64,000 bases of DNA, from NCBI RefSeq assembly GCF_018977255.1, contig NW_024704742.1:50222001-50286000 (forward strand), in the 5' to 3' direction. Shown here in pieces: positions 37,485 through 50,779 of this stretch (position 1 is the stretch's first letter; the number at the start of each line of letters is the position of its first letter). The stretch is from Callorhinchus milii (Eukaryota). The notes beneath the pieces are model-generated. The model was not told where the DNA came from, ran no database searches, and worked only from the letters and a program-made list of their open reading frames with translations. Made by a program: the position numbers and the translations under genes.

Positions 37485-37712
37485 GATCTGCTGGTCAAAA
37501 ACCCATAAGCATGAGTATGAGTATTTAAGCCAGACTGGCAGTTCCATGTATGCCACCGACACATGGAAAATTCCCATGACTGGAACAGAATGCACACTCC
37601 CTCCTTGGAGGGTCGGATCCTACTTACCCAATTCTAGACAGTATTAGGCGTAGTTTGGCAAGAGTCAAGGCTTGGGGACCCCATAGTGTGTGTAGAGGTA
37701 CTACTGGAGATT
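37485..37712 (-). repeat. Copy of unnamed structured dispersed repeat
   Basis: TTCCATG...CATGGAAA hairpin and CCTACTTACCCAATTCTAGACAGTATTAGGCG...TTGGGGACCCCA, as in 13110-13275. Confidence 0.75.
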
Positions 37713-38080
37713 AATGTAAAATGTTGGTGGGAGGTTTAAAGGATTTTTTTATGCAGAGGGAAATTAGAAAATGGGATTGCTTTACCACAAGTCATTACTG
37801 AAAAAATAGATACTTGAGTAAATATGTGCTACAATATAAAGGTGCAAGTGCATTGGCATTGAGAGTGGTATATTACAGTCACCTCCTGAGGAGAAACAAG
37901 CACCAGAAAGGGCTTGATGGGCTACACTTTCTATAGTTCTATGAAAAGCCAATTGATTTCTCGCAACCACATAATTCCTACATTGATTTTACACTCTAGT
38001 TTTATTCTTGCATTAGTGGCCAATTTATAACAAATCATGATATGACCCAAATGGGTAAAAGATAAATCAGTCTTTCCAGA

Positions 38081-38437
38081 TAATAATAATAATCCTTGCA
38101 TTTGATATAGCGCCTTATCACATCTTCGAGACATCTCAAAACGATTCACAGAATATATTGTAAAGTGGATTGACTGTGTATCTTGTGAGAGAAATGCGGC
38201 AGCCAATTGTGCACAGCAGAGTCCCACAAACAGTCATGGATTGAGCGACCAAATTGTTATTATTACCCCTGGAATACCGATCCGCCAATCAATTAACAGC
38301 CAGGTTCCTACTTACTGCTATGTAAACAGAGCCGTGTGGAGTAAGGTAACTTGCCCAATGTTTCGTCCTGCTGGGAATTGAACCTAGGTCCATTCATTTG
38401 TGAGGTGAGAGTCTAACCACGAAGCTACAGGACTCCA
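38081..38437 (-). mobile_element. tRNA-Ala SINE, long form
   Basis: Homologous to 29784-30170 from head to tail. Confidence 0.9.
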
Positions 38438-38989
38438 GCTCCAGATCTTGTGGACAAGAAGTTATTTCAACTGGATGAGTGTAAAATTTCTATTTCAAAC
38501 CTAAGCTTAAGGAATTGGCAATGCTGCAGTTCTGCCTTTTAGTGACACATGTTTCATGGATTCAGCTCCAGCTGTATTCCTTACCTGAAAATTTCTTTGC
38601 AAATCAAGCTGGGCATATTCCTCATTAGATCTTAGTCCATTCCATTATTTAGACAATCCATGCATGTGGAACTCTCAGCTTGGTTTGGATATTTTTAACC
38701 ATGCAGATAGGGTTCCATGTTTGACAAACACCACTATAACCAACAATCATTTGCTTTTCTACCTATTTTCTATTGTCTATTTCAAATATTTAGAAACATT
38801 TGATCGATTTCTGTTTTACCCCATTGACAGCATCAATTAATTATAGATAAAGTGTAACCTGAGACAGATTCAATGCAATCCTACCATCCTCTCTCTGACA
38901 TACACACATTATTGTGATATTCCTCTTGGCAGGAATTCATAAAGGAATCCAAAAACTTTGACTTCTGCACACACCCAGATGTGACTCAC

Positions 38990-39201
38990 TCCTCTCAGAT
39001 GCCAATCTCTTCTTCAAAATCAGGAATTTCCTTTGGCTGTGATCTGGTTTCAGAGTGATGAATGATATCTCTGTCCGAAAGAAGATAGCATGAGACACAT
39101 CAAGGTATAAGCAGGATTCCGTACTTTTGATTCCTGTTATGAATCCCATACATTGGACCAAAATGAGGCTCATATTCTCAGCCACAGAAGAGCATCTACA
39201 C
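38990..39201 (-). other. Candidate 212-nt exon
   Basis: ggttattgcag|GTGTAG...GAGAGGA|gtgagt with one open frame (CRCSSVAENMSLILVQ...KKRLASER). Confidence 0.22.
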
Positions 39202-40489
39202 CTGCAATAACCAATAATCTTCAGATAAATAATCCAGATAAAATTGATCATTCACTTCATGACTGTTTATTGGGCATTGCCATGCACAAATTGGCTGTCA
39301 TGTTTGTTTACAAATAGTCATTAAACTTTACAGGAGAAGATCTTGTGAAGAATTTTGAAATAAGGTGCTATACCATAGGCAAGGATTATTCTAACTAAAA
39401 GTGCTTTAAAGAACTGTGGTTAAAATATTGGGTTCCAAATGTCTGGAATTTGTGACAAAAATTTAACTTGTGTTTGTCACTAAATGCAGTATCATGCCTT
39501 CTATTAGTATTTATTATTATTATTATACAATGTTGTCTGCTAAAACCTAACTAAATGTTTAGTTTCCAATAATATTGGGGAAAAAATACTATTACCTATC
39601 AACTTTTGCTTTATTTGCAACATTTGAAAAAAGCACTCATTGGGAAAACTGCAGTGTAAATAACACGTATCACATCAGAAAAGCACCTTGGAACATAACT
39701 CTCCTCCAGGGAAGACCGTATGCATCATACTGATCCAGGAGAACTATTTTTCTGACAAACAGGTTTTCAACCCCATTGCACCTAAAACAGTCTTGTCCTT
39801 TGAGCTTTTTTCTTTCTGTTGTCACCTCTCAATGCAACTCGCTAAAATATCTTTCATTCCATGCTCTTCTATTTTCTACCTAATCCTCGTAACATTGTAA
39901 AACAATCAACTGAAAATCCAAGTAAATTATAACCAAATAATAGCAGCAGTCACCAAGTGTTTCACCTCCTTAGGGAATTCCATTAGATTTGTGACACACA
40001 TTACCTATTGCTTCTAAAGTCACGCAGACTTCCTCATATGGCTCTTCAGAAGGGTATTGCCAGTGTTCCATAAAATATACTTTGGCATTCATTCCTGTAC
40101 AAATGCTAGGTTAAGTGATGTATAATTCTGTCATCTGTGCCTCACTCTTAACACTATACATGAGGAAGAAGGGGAATAGAGAAAGGGGGTTTCTAAGTAC
40201 AAACAATGGTACAAACTAGTTAGGACGAATGGTCTGTTTTGATGCTATGTAATTCTCTGTAATTCTTTGGTGAATATCAGGATTACTTCCCATATTAGGA
40301 TACACCCACAAAATACACGTCACCCACTTTATAGTGTATCCTATGAAGCTCTTTGAGACATCTGAATGATATGATAAGGCACTATATCAAATGCAAGGAT
40401 TAATTTAATTCAACCACTCTGCAACACTATTTTTTTTTTAATTGTGCTGAATGGCTGAGTGAACGTAACTTGAGATTGTTTCCACTACT

Positions 40490-41223
40490 CAACCTCACTA
40501 AGCCAGTCAGGAACCTGGGTATCTTGTTTGACCCTAAACTTCCTTCCTACCCCACATCCGCGACATGACCGGCACTGTCTACCACCACCTCCGCAACATT
40601 GCCAGACTCCGCCACTGCCTCACCCCTCAGGCTGCCGAAAGCCTCACCCACGCATTCGTCACATCAAGGCTCAATAATGCAAACTCCTTCCTTATCGGCC
40701 TTCCCAACTCTTCCCTTCACAAGCTGCAGATCATCCAAAACTCTGCAGCTTGTGTACTCTCACGCACCAGGCTCTGTGACCCCATCACTCCCACCCTCAC
40801 CCGACTCCACTGGCTCCCTATTCCCCAGAGGATCGAATTCAAGATCCTCGTCCTCACTTTCAAGGCCATCCATGGCCTTGCCCCCTCCTACCTCTTTGAC
40901 CTGCTGATCCCTACCAACCTGCCCACTCCCTCTGTTCAGCGGGCTCCGGCCTGCTTCATGTCTCCCGCACTACCATCGGTGGCCAGACTTTCAGCCTCTT
41001 TGCCCCCACACTCTGGAACTCCATCCCACAGTCCCTTCGCCTCACTTCCTCCCTTGCCTCCTTCTTTTCGACCTTGCCTTTGGTCACCCTCCCACCTCTC
41101 TCCCTTCCCTCACCCCTACACCACCACTCCCCCATGCTCGGGCCCCGACACCTAACTATTCAGCACCTTGGGACGTCCTCCCGACGTGAAAGGTGCTCTA
41201 AAAATATAATTTTGTTGTTGTTG
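40490..41223 (+). mobile_element. L2 LINE, 5'-truncated
   Basis: ORF 40565-41155 contains HHLRNIARLRH...FVTSRL...LHWLPIPQRIEFKIL; (TTG)n tail. Confidence 0.95.
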
Positions 41224-41308
41224 CACTGCCTAAGTAGCTGTACTATGCAAAATGTATAAACATTTTAATTATTATATTGGAATAAATATAGATCAATATA
41301 TAAATATA

Positions 41309-42841
41309 CAACAACAACAACTTGGATTTATATAGCGCCATCCACGCCGGACGGTGTGTCAGAGTGCTTCACAGTAACAGATCCCGGGGCTGAGCCAGGG
41401 GGAGGGGGACGAGGGTGACCAAAGGCGCGGTCGAAAACAAAGGTCTTCAGCAGAGACCTGAAAATAGGAAGAGAGGGGGCGAGGCGAAGGGAGTGAGGAA
41501 GGGAATTCCAGAGCCTCGGGGCATAGTGACTGAAGGCACAGCTGCCGAGGGTGGAGTGGAGGACTCGGGGGACAAGGAGGAGGCCAGACCCGGAGGAACA
41601 AAGGCAACAGGTACAGTTTTGAGAAGAGAGGTGGGGGGGTGCAGAGGAGTGGAGGGATTTGAATACAAGGATGAGGATCTTGAAGTCGATCCTCTCTGGG
41701 ATAGGCAGCCAGTGCAGTCTGGCAAGGACTGGGGTGATCGGGGAGCGGAGTTTGGTGCGGGAGAGAATGCGGGCGGCAGAGTGTTGAATGATCTGGAATT
41801 TATGAATGATAGTGGATGGGAGACCGGTGAGGAGGGCATTAGAATAGTCCAGCTGAGAGGTGACAAAGGCATGGACCAGGGTTTCAGCGGCTTTCGGAGA
41901 AAGGTATTGGCGGAGACGGGCGATGCATCGGAGTTGGAAGAAAGCAGTGCTGGTGAGGGCCCGGATGTGGGGGAAGAAGGATAATTGGGGGTTGAACCTG
42001 ACGCCTAGATTGCCTACGGGTTCGGAGAGTTTTAGGGAGGTCAGATAGATGGAGGAGGTGAGAGCCGTGAGATTTTAGACATTAATAATAATAATAATCC
42101 TTGCATTTGATATAGCGCTTTTCACGTCGGGAGGACGTCCCAAAGCGCTTCACAGAATATACTGTAAAGTGAATTGACTGTATATTTGTGGGCGAACGCG
42201 GCAGCCAATTGCGCACAGCAATGTCCCACAAACAGTCGTAGATTGAAAATGACCAATTTATTATTGTTTTGTTTTGGAGGGATTATTATTAGGCTCTGTG
42301 TGGAGTAAGGAAACTTGCCCAAGGTTTCGCCCTCTGCCTGGAATTGAACTCAGGTCTCTCACTTGCAAAGCGAGTGCTCTAACCACTGAGCTACAGGACT
42401 CCACGTTGATGAGAGCCAAAGAGTACGGCTTCCGTCTTGTCAACGTTCATTGCGCTCATCCAGCCCCTGAGATCTGACAGGCAGGCTGACAGAACATCAG
42501 GGGACTGGGGGTTGCAAAGAGGTGGAAAAATAGAGTTGAGTGCCTTCCGCGTACTTGTGGAAACGTACCCCATGTCTACGGATGACATCCCCAAGAGGGA
42601 GCATGTAGATCAGAAAGAGGAGGGGGCCAAGGATGGATCTTTGGGGTACCCCACAGGTGACCGGGTGAGAGCAGGAGAAGAAGCCATTTGTGCAGATCTA
42701 CTGCTGGCGGTTTGTGAGGTAGGACTCGAGGTATTGGCGGAGACGGGCGATGCGTCGGAGGTGGAAGAAAGTGGTGCTGTTAAGGGACCGGATGTGGGGG
42801 AGGAAGGATAATTGGGGGTCGAACCTGACGCCTAGGTTGCT
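41309..42841 (-). mobile_element. L2 LINE (RT core to tail), interrupted by a SINE at 42083-42403
   Basis: Minus-strand [17 protein letters not shown] and KYAEGTQLY (degenerate YADD), NLGVRF, LVHAFVTS; (CAA)n tail. Confidence 0.93.
42083..42403 (-). mobile_element. tRNA-Ala SINE, short form, full length
   Basis: Closely matches the reverse complement of 7430-7753. Confidence 0.95.
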
Positions 42842-43572
42842 AAATATATCTCTCAAAATATAGATGAAATGCAGTAACAACATAGTAATCAATTCTAAAT
42901 TGACTTTGCTGTACCACCTCTATCTTTACCCTTTTCTCTTTCACAAGTGCAATCTTTTCTCCAACAACAGATTACTGCATGAAGCAACAGTTAGAAGAGC
43001 AAATAGAAGAGATCAATTAGCAAATCCCCACTGTTGTCATAATCATCGATTCCTAGGACTTGCTAAATTACAAATTGACTGTGCGGTGCCTGTCAGTTGT
43101 ATTTATTCACAACAATGATCCTGGCAAACTTTAATTGTTCCATCTGCTCTTTAAAGTTAAACATATTGCTGTGCCCTTTAAAATACATAAAAGCATTTAA
43201 TTCAACAATATACAAGCACAATGGATGATGGCAAGATGTTTTTTAAATGAAACTTGGGAGAACAACCTATGAAAGAATACACTATGTTCAAATTTACCAG
43301 CTATTCACTGCTCTATTACACACTATTCTGTCACTATCTAAAGCTTCCACATTGCCGGCTGAACAGGAAAGGCAATTGTGTCATCACCATTTCAAAGGGT
43401 ATGTACTTTGCTGACATGCTACAGCGGGAAGTGCTGATGTTATATATACTTGAAGTAGTTATCAGCTCGGGGTTAAGCTGTTTGAAGTAGAAAATTTACC
43501 GCTGATAAAACACAACTAAATATCACCATTGTAACCCAGAATCCCAAATTGTTTTGGATAAATCATACAGAA

Positions 43573-43740
43573 TAACAACAACAACAAGATTCTATTTATA
43601 GAGCGCCTTTCACATCGGGAGGACGTCCCAAGGCGCTGGACAATTGGGTCGGGACCTGAGCAGGGGGGAAATAGTCAGGGTGAGGGGAGGGAAGGGAGGG
43701 AGCGAGGAGGGGGTAGAGAGTCGAGAGGGGAGTTGAAGGA
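43573..43740 (-). mobile_element. L2 3' UTR fragment
   Basis: (CAA)n plus GCGCCTTTCACATCGGGAGGACGTCCCAAGGCGC. Confidence 0.9.
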
Positions 43741-44689
43741 TAAATACATTGTTACATGTTTGTTCCACAAGCAACATAAGAAACTACAAACTCTATGTTA
43801 AGAATGAATTAACTTTTAATTTCTTCCAAATGATCTTATTTAAGAATTCATTTCCACCCGGTCTGTCATTCTCTCTCTCTCTCTGTCCAATTACATGGGC
43901 ATAGATAGAGGATGTTGAATGTCCGACTGTGCAATATGACTTTCCAATGCACGAGTGACTTGCAAAGCACATCCTCCACATTTGCATTAAATAGTTCACA
44001 GCAGAATTCTGTTCAAAATCTGAATCTGTTTGAATTGAAAGTGTGTGGTTACATTATATATAATAATATAATAATAATCCTTGCATTACATTATTGTTGC
44101 AGTGTGGGGCCATCATTATTTTGTATGGACTGTAATTTGTGCTGTGCCTCATATCAGAGTGCTTAATGCTAACACTCAGCTCAAATCTAAAATGTTCTCT
44201 ATTTAGGGACATTTAGTGGCTTTGATAAGGAAAAAAATTCACTCCAAAATATATTCACAAAATACATTTCAAAATATATTCACAAAATATATTAAAATAA
44301 TGAATCTTGACAACAAATTGTTGTTTACAAGATTCTTCTCAATCTTAATTCTGTACTTCAGATAATATTCTGCAGAAGCTGGTACATAATCACTGGTAAA
44401 TATTAATATGTAAACTTATAGGATTGAAATTCAGATTTCCAGATCAGTAGACTTATTTTTTGCTGGATGTAGGGTTTTATAGACTGTTTTGGAGTCAAAC
44501 AAAATACCGAGGTTCCACAGCAGTTCTATGAGGCAGGGTGAGCCTCCATGCAAGTCGATTCATTTAGCACTCAATGTGAGATGGAGCTGATGGAAGTGCC
44601 GTCTCACATTCAGTCTTGTTGACACTGAGCTACAGAAAATTAGAGCTCACCCTGGACTAGTCAGGCAATCAGTCAGAACAGCAGTCAGT

Positions 44690-45000
44690 GGTCCTGGAAT
44701 TGAGGGTGGAGGCAGAGAGATAAAGTGGAGAGTCATCTACACACAATGTGTGGTAGTGGGTGTATGGGTAGTGTCACCAAGAGCAGCAAATAGTTAGTGA
44801 AAAGGAGAGGGCCAAGGATAGAGTCCTGAGGAATACCACAAGTGATTGTGCGGGGGCGGAAGGAATTAAAAAAGACAAAATGAAGATGCTGAGATAAGTA
44901 AGAGTGAAACTGGGAAAGAATAAAATCATGGAGGTGGTAGAGGGAGGACAGATTCTGAGAGATCAGTTTGGTTGATCGTGTCAAAGGGACAGAGAGGTGG
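44690..45000 (-). mobile_element. Old L2 RT fragment
   Basis: ORF 44733-44984 contains [14 protein letters not shown]. Confidence 0.8.
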
Positions 45001-46768
45001 CTCAGATTTAGTCACAATTTAGAAGCTAGCTCTTTTTAAATACTGCAGGAAACCTCATCTCCTACTACATCCCCATACCTTTTAATATGTTTTCTTTGCC
45101 AATATCTGCACTAATTCCCTTTTAACATAATTTATAGATCCCTTTTCAATAATGGTTATAGCCCAGATACTAAGCAGATGATTATAAAAAAAACTTCAGT
45201 CACATCTCTTCTCACACTTTCGATTTGTTAATCTGTGTTCCCTTTGGCTGTTGTATGACCATTGATCTAAGGCCAGGAATAATTTTTAGTGCTATCCTCT
45301 GCCAATGTTTTCAATGCATTCATGTAGACGGTAAGATGCATTATCAGATGTGTAGTTATATCAATGTATATTACAGACAAGCTAACATTTTAGTGCTTGT
45401 GCTTTAGTCTGCTCCCATTGTTTCTAAATAGATTTCACATTGTGTTTACCTTCTTTGAGGCTATTGTATACATTTTACTGTAACTGCACTTTAAAGAGCA
45501 TTATCACCTTATTAATTTTAAGAACATTGTAAGGAGTACATTCACCAACAGGTAGTTCCTAGAAAAATTCTTTGATGTGATAAGGCCCTATATCAAATGC
45601 AAGGTTTGTTTTTTTGCTACTATACTTTTATCCACAATAAACATTTGTCATTTATTAGCAGAAATATTTAACCACCCCAGTGTCTTTACAATCTGCAACA
45701 AGGTTTTAGTTTAAGATTTTCTATTAAAATGTTTCCAATGATTCAGCCATTTATGTAATTGTAAAAAATGTAATCCAAAAACGATTTGATAAATTCCTCA
45801 CATAACAACAATTTCCAAATGGGTTAGCTTCTATTTCTCATTGTTCAGGCAATTTCCAACCACTTCTTGTGTTTCATTAGTTCCTTGAATCTTCTCCAAT
45901 GCTGTGAATTGCTTATGAAATATTTTGTCAAATGCATTGAGCAACTGAACATGTTAACTTCCAAATTGTATCCTAACTTGGGTGTCTCAGTTAATAGGGC
46001 TTGAGCCTTTGAGTTAGAAGTTTACTTGCCCACAAATCAGGCCATTGGAGTAATAGATACCATCGTAACTTAGTAAAACAAAATACAGTTAAGCTGGTAT
46101 CCCATGAACTGATACTTCAATGTCATAATCTACAAACCAACAGTCTTATGACTTTGGGCCTACTGTGTCGGAGCCAGGAGGGGGAATGAGTGCATATGAA
46201 GACCAGTCTTGAATGAGATAACCAGCATGCTGTAGTTTTCAATAATATGTTAAAAGTAAGATATTATTGCTCTCAAGTTTTCCCTATTATTTTACTGATT
46301 ATTTTGGATTAAATCCTTCATCTGAGAATCAAAGAATGCTTCTGCACAGAAGAAGACTATTCGGCCCATTGTGCTTGGGCTCACAACCCTTCATTGTCTT
46401 GCAACTTGGGATGTTCTCCTTACGTGAAAGGCGCTATATAAATGTCATTTGATGATGTTGTTGACTATGTGGAAGAGCTGTCTGTTCAATCTCACTCCTA
46501 TTCCAATGTCGCCAAAACCTCTTAAATTGTCCTTGTCAAATTGTCTCAAATATCTATCTAATTTGCTTTTTCAAAGCTCTTGTGAATTCTGAGAATGAGG
46601 TTTCATCTGAAATATTAACCCAAATTTCTCTTTAAGGTTCTGATTGACTTGTTTTGAATTTCCAGCATTCACATCTTTTTTAATTTTATCTCTACAAAAC
46701 CTTTATTACTGTCTGACTGATCCTTGGGTATATACATTTACAAACCAACATTTCAACCCAACACAATG

Positions 46769-47089
46769 TGGAGTCCTGTAGCTCAGTGGTAAGAGCACTT
46801 GCTTTGCAAGCGAGAGACCTGAGTTCAATTCCAGGCAGGGCGAAATCTTGGGCAAGTTTCCTTACTCCACACGCCTAATAATAATCCCTCCAAAAACCAA
46901 AAACAATAATAAATTGGTCATTTTCAATCTACGACTGTTTGTGGGACATTGCTGTGCGCAATTGGCTGCCGCATTCGCCCACAAATATATAGTCAATTCA
47001 CTTTATAGTGTGTTCTGTGAAGCGCTTTGGGACGTCCTCCCGACGTGAAAAGCGCTATATCAAATGCAAGGACTATTATTATTATTATT
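46769..47089 (+). mobile_element. tRNA-Ala SINE, short form
   Basis: Full head-to-tail match to 7430-7753. Confidence 0.95.
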
Positions 47090-47300
47090 TCATCTACTTG
47101 TCAATGCCTCCAGCTTTTAAAGTAGGTTTATAAATAACTAACTCCTCTGCAAAGAGACCATTGCACATCTACATTGCACAGATAGATGCTGTGTGTGTTA
47201 CTGTCCTAAAAACAATACGACTGTGCATTACGAGCATGACCAAGATTTATTTCTGATCTGACATTTTACAGCACACCCACACTCTAATGCAGGCATGCTG

Positions 47301-47614
47301 TGGAGTCCTGTATCTCAGTGGTCAGAGCGCTCGCCTTGCAAGCGAGACACCTGGGTTCAATTCCAGGCAGGGTGAAACCTTGGGTAAGTTTCCTTACTCC
47401 ACACGCCTAATAATAATCCCTCCAAAACAAAAACAATAATAAATTGGTCATTTTCAATCTACGACTGTTTGTGGGACACTGCTGTGTACAATTGGCTGCC
47501 GTGTTTCGCCCACAAATATACGGTCAATTCACTTTACAGCATATTCTGTGAAGCGCTTTGAGACGTCTAGAAGACATGAAAAGTGCTATATCAAATGCAA
47601 GGATTATTATTATT
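47301..47614 (+). mobile_element. tRNA-Ala SINE, short form
   Basis: Full head-to-tail match to 7430-7753. Confidence 0.95.
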
Positions 47615-48522
47615 AATCTCACTTTCAATCAGATTGTTGCAGTCTAAAGATTCTACCAGGTAAATGTTCACATAATTTACATAATTCAGCACATCATACT
47701 GCAGATCAAAGATCAATTGCATGGCCAAATGATATTGAAGAAATGCACCAGGACCAGAAATAGCAATGGTCTTATCTGCAAGTAGGGACAGAATTGCATT
47801 TGTTTTGTATTTATAAGTAATAGGTGATTTTTTTAAAAAGAAAATTGCTAAGCAACAGTTACTGTTCCAATTGTGCAATTGTGCCCATTCAGTCGCAATA
47901 AGGTGAAATTTGAAGAAGGTTGAAATTTGCAGCAGTTTGTTTGAGACTGATCATAGAACGATTATGATATGGCTTAAATTTCTTCTCAATGTTTCTCAGG
48001 CTCGAAGACTGACACATACACGTAAAATCTCCAGTGAGAATTACATGCATTATACTTAAATGCTTTGCGACATCCTCCCAACGTGAAAGGCCCTATTTCA
48101 AAGTAAATTTGTATTGTAATTTGAATTGTACATGTAATTGTAAATGTACTGTGCTATTATAATGGGAATTCCCATTAGAGGCCAACATCGCTAAAGCCCT
48201 TAAGCCTAATGTTCACTGGAATTTTTCCCCAATGATAGTGATGATTCTCTGTTCATCAGTGAATTTATCAACCAGTAGAGAATCAGATGCCCTTGATGGT
48301 CTCTACTATGGTAGGTCAATTTACCAGAGGTCGCTATATCACTATTGAATCTTTATGGGGTTTCTTTATGTATCTTTAGCTCAGATTCTGCTGCTCATTA
48401 TTTTCAGTCTATATACAGAAGCACTTACTTCATTGGTACTTTTACCAGTGGTTATTCATTCAATGCTTTCTCCACCTCATTGCTAATGCTCACATAGGAA
48501 TAATGATGACTTGAGTGATGTA

Positions 48523-49271
48523 TAATAATAATCCTTGCAGTTGATATAGTGCCTTATTACATCCTCGAAACGTCATAAAGTGCTTCACAGAATATACTGT
48601 AAAGTGATTTCTATATTTTGCGGGCGAAATGCGACAGCCAATTGTGAACAGCCGTGTTCCACAAACAGTAGTGGATTGAGTGACTAAATTATTATTATTA
48701 CTATTATTATTTTGTAGGGATTACTACCCCCAAATTATTATTATTTTTGTTTGATTTTTTTTTGGAAGGGACTATTATCTCTCCGGAAATGCGATTGTGG
48801 AGTTTTGTAGCTCAGTGGTTAGAGCACTCGCTTTGCAAGAGAGAGACCTGAGTTCAATTCCAGGCAGGGCGAAACCTTGGGCAAGTTTCCTTACTCCACA
48901 CGCCTATAAATAATCCCTCCAAAAAAAACAATAATAAATTGGGCATTTTCAATCCACGACTGTTTGTGGGACATTGCTGTGCGCAATTGGCTGCCACATT
49001 CGCCCACAAATATACGGTCAATTCACTTTACAGTATATTCTGTGAAGCGCTTTGGGACATCCTCCTGACGTGAAAAGCGCTATATCAAATGCAAGGATTA
49101 TTATTATTATTATCCATCAATCAATGAACAACCAGGTTCCTACTTACTGCTAGGTAAACCGAGGCATGTGGAGTAAGGAAACTTGCCCAATGTTTCGCCC
49201 TGCCTGGGAATCAAACCAAGGTCCTCTTGCTTATGCGCCAAGTGCTCCAACCACTGAGCTACAAGACACCA
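48523..49271 (-). mobile_element. tRNA-Ala SINE, long form, split by a nested short SINE
   Basis: ...CCGGAAATGCGAT (to 48795) continues as CCATCAATCAATGAACAACC (from 49114). Confidence 0.9.
48796..49113 (+). mobile_element. tRNA-Ala SINE, short form, nested
   Basis: Full head and (TTA)n tail inside the minus-strand long copy. Confidence 0.95.
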
Positions 49272-50779
49272 CAATTGTGCAGCTGTTACCCAGTATCAGA
49301 GGAAATGAGGAGAGTTGAACATTGGAGGGGAAAACTGTACAAATGTCCATTCACTCTTTCTTTCTTACTTTCTGATCATGTCCCTTTGTTCTCTTCCCTT
49401 TGCAGCATCTTAATTTTTTTTATCTCCGCTCAATTACATTTATGTTCAATCGCCACTGTAATTTTACACTTCCTGCTCTGAGTACTACTGACAGATTGCT
49501 TCCCAGGTTCTGTTAGTACATTTTACATTTAAATGTTCTGCCCTCAGTCTGCACTCGCCTGGATTATCATGTTTCTCTCGCTTAGTGTTTTAGTCTACAC
49601 CAATGAGACTGAAATGATTAGTCTCGCCTCAAGTCTCCAGCCATAATATCCTTTGATTCAAATGCAGGTTGGTTAAGCTTAAAAATTGCCTTTTAAATTT
49701 CAAAAACAAGCACGCTCAGGTACATCTGTTTGCCTCTCATTCCCTCTCACTCCTTCTGCTGCCTGTTTTGATCCCTGAAAATGTCAGACACTTTGTCCAG
49801 TCAAGCTAAGGTACATGCCCAATATATGTAATGGAGAACCTATTTAGGAAGCCTCAATTTCCATCCCTCACTTTGTGCCCACACGTCTTCCATATGTTTA
49901 CAGATGAGTCTACAATCTTCACTGCTGGAAAAGCAACTGTAATCAACATAATTTAAAGATACACTGGCATTTTTAACCTAATTGCTACAACTCTAATAGT
50001 GTCTGTACGACAGACAAATGCAAATGATTAGAATGTCTGATGGGTCAGTGTAATGTCTTAATGATCGGACTAGCCAAGTCTATAAACCCGCTCATCTTTA
50101 AACGCTACTGTAAATTCAGCATTTGCATTTGCAACAATATATTTGGAACAATACTAAGAATGCCACTCACAGCTCTTATGGCCAAGCTGTTCCAAGTCAT
50201 TCGAAGTTGAAATATTTATAAATATGTTCTTATACAATTCACATCACAGAATCTTTCAAATTGAACCCGTGAGAATGTTACGTGCTGTTTTGACATTGGC
50301 GTTTTTAATTTTTTTTTGGTAAACATTATTTTGAGGGTACACACAGTGTAATTAAAAAGCAACCGAAAAACTCAGGAGCAAGAGGACGAAAATACCATTA
50401 ACAAGCCTTGAACAAGACTCAGCATCATAGTGTTTCTTTACCCAAAATAGCAGGTAAGTAATGCCGATTCCCAACAAAAACAGTTAGTTCTGTGTTCATT
50501 AACTCCTTTGAAAAACAACTGAATGGTATTGGCTTGGGCACTGCAGGAAAGTCTATAAGATACACAGCCAGCAGTGTCAAGCACTTTGAGATGACCTCCC
50601 ATTGTGTAAGGTGCTATATAAATGTAAATTATTGTAAGGGGAGGTGTAGGTTCAGGTGCATAAATGTTCTTGGAACATTATACTTTCAGAAGCAATGATG
50701 CCAACTAATTATGGAAATATGCAGCTGAATGATTCAGGATTTTTTTGTTTAATTTCCTTTGGGGATTATAGTGATAAAT

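Noticed and set aside
41415..41984. 189-aa plus-strand ORF and similar G/E-rich ORFs (21811, 42437, 58385)
   Set aside because: Antisense readings of C-rich L2 coding strands.
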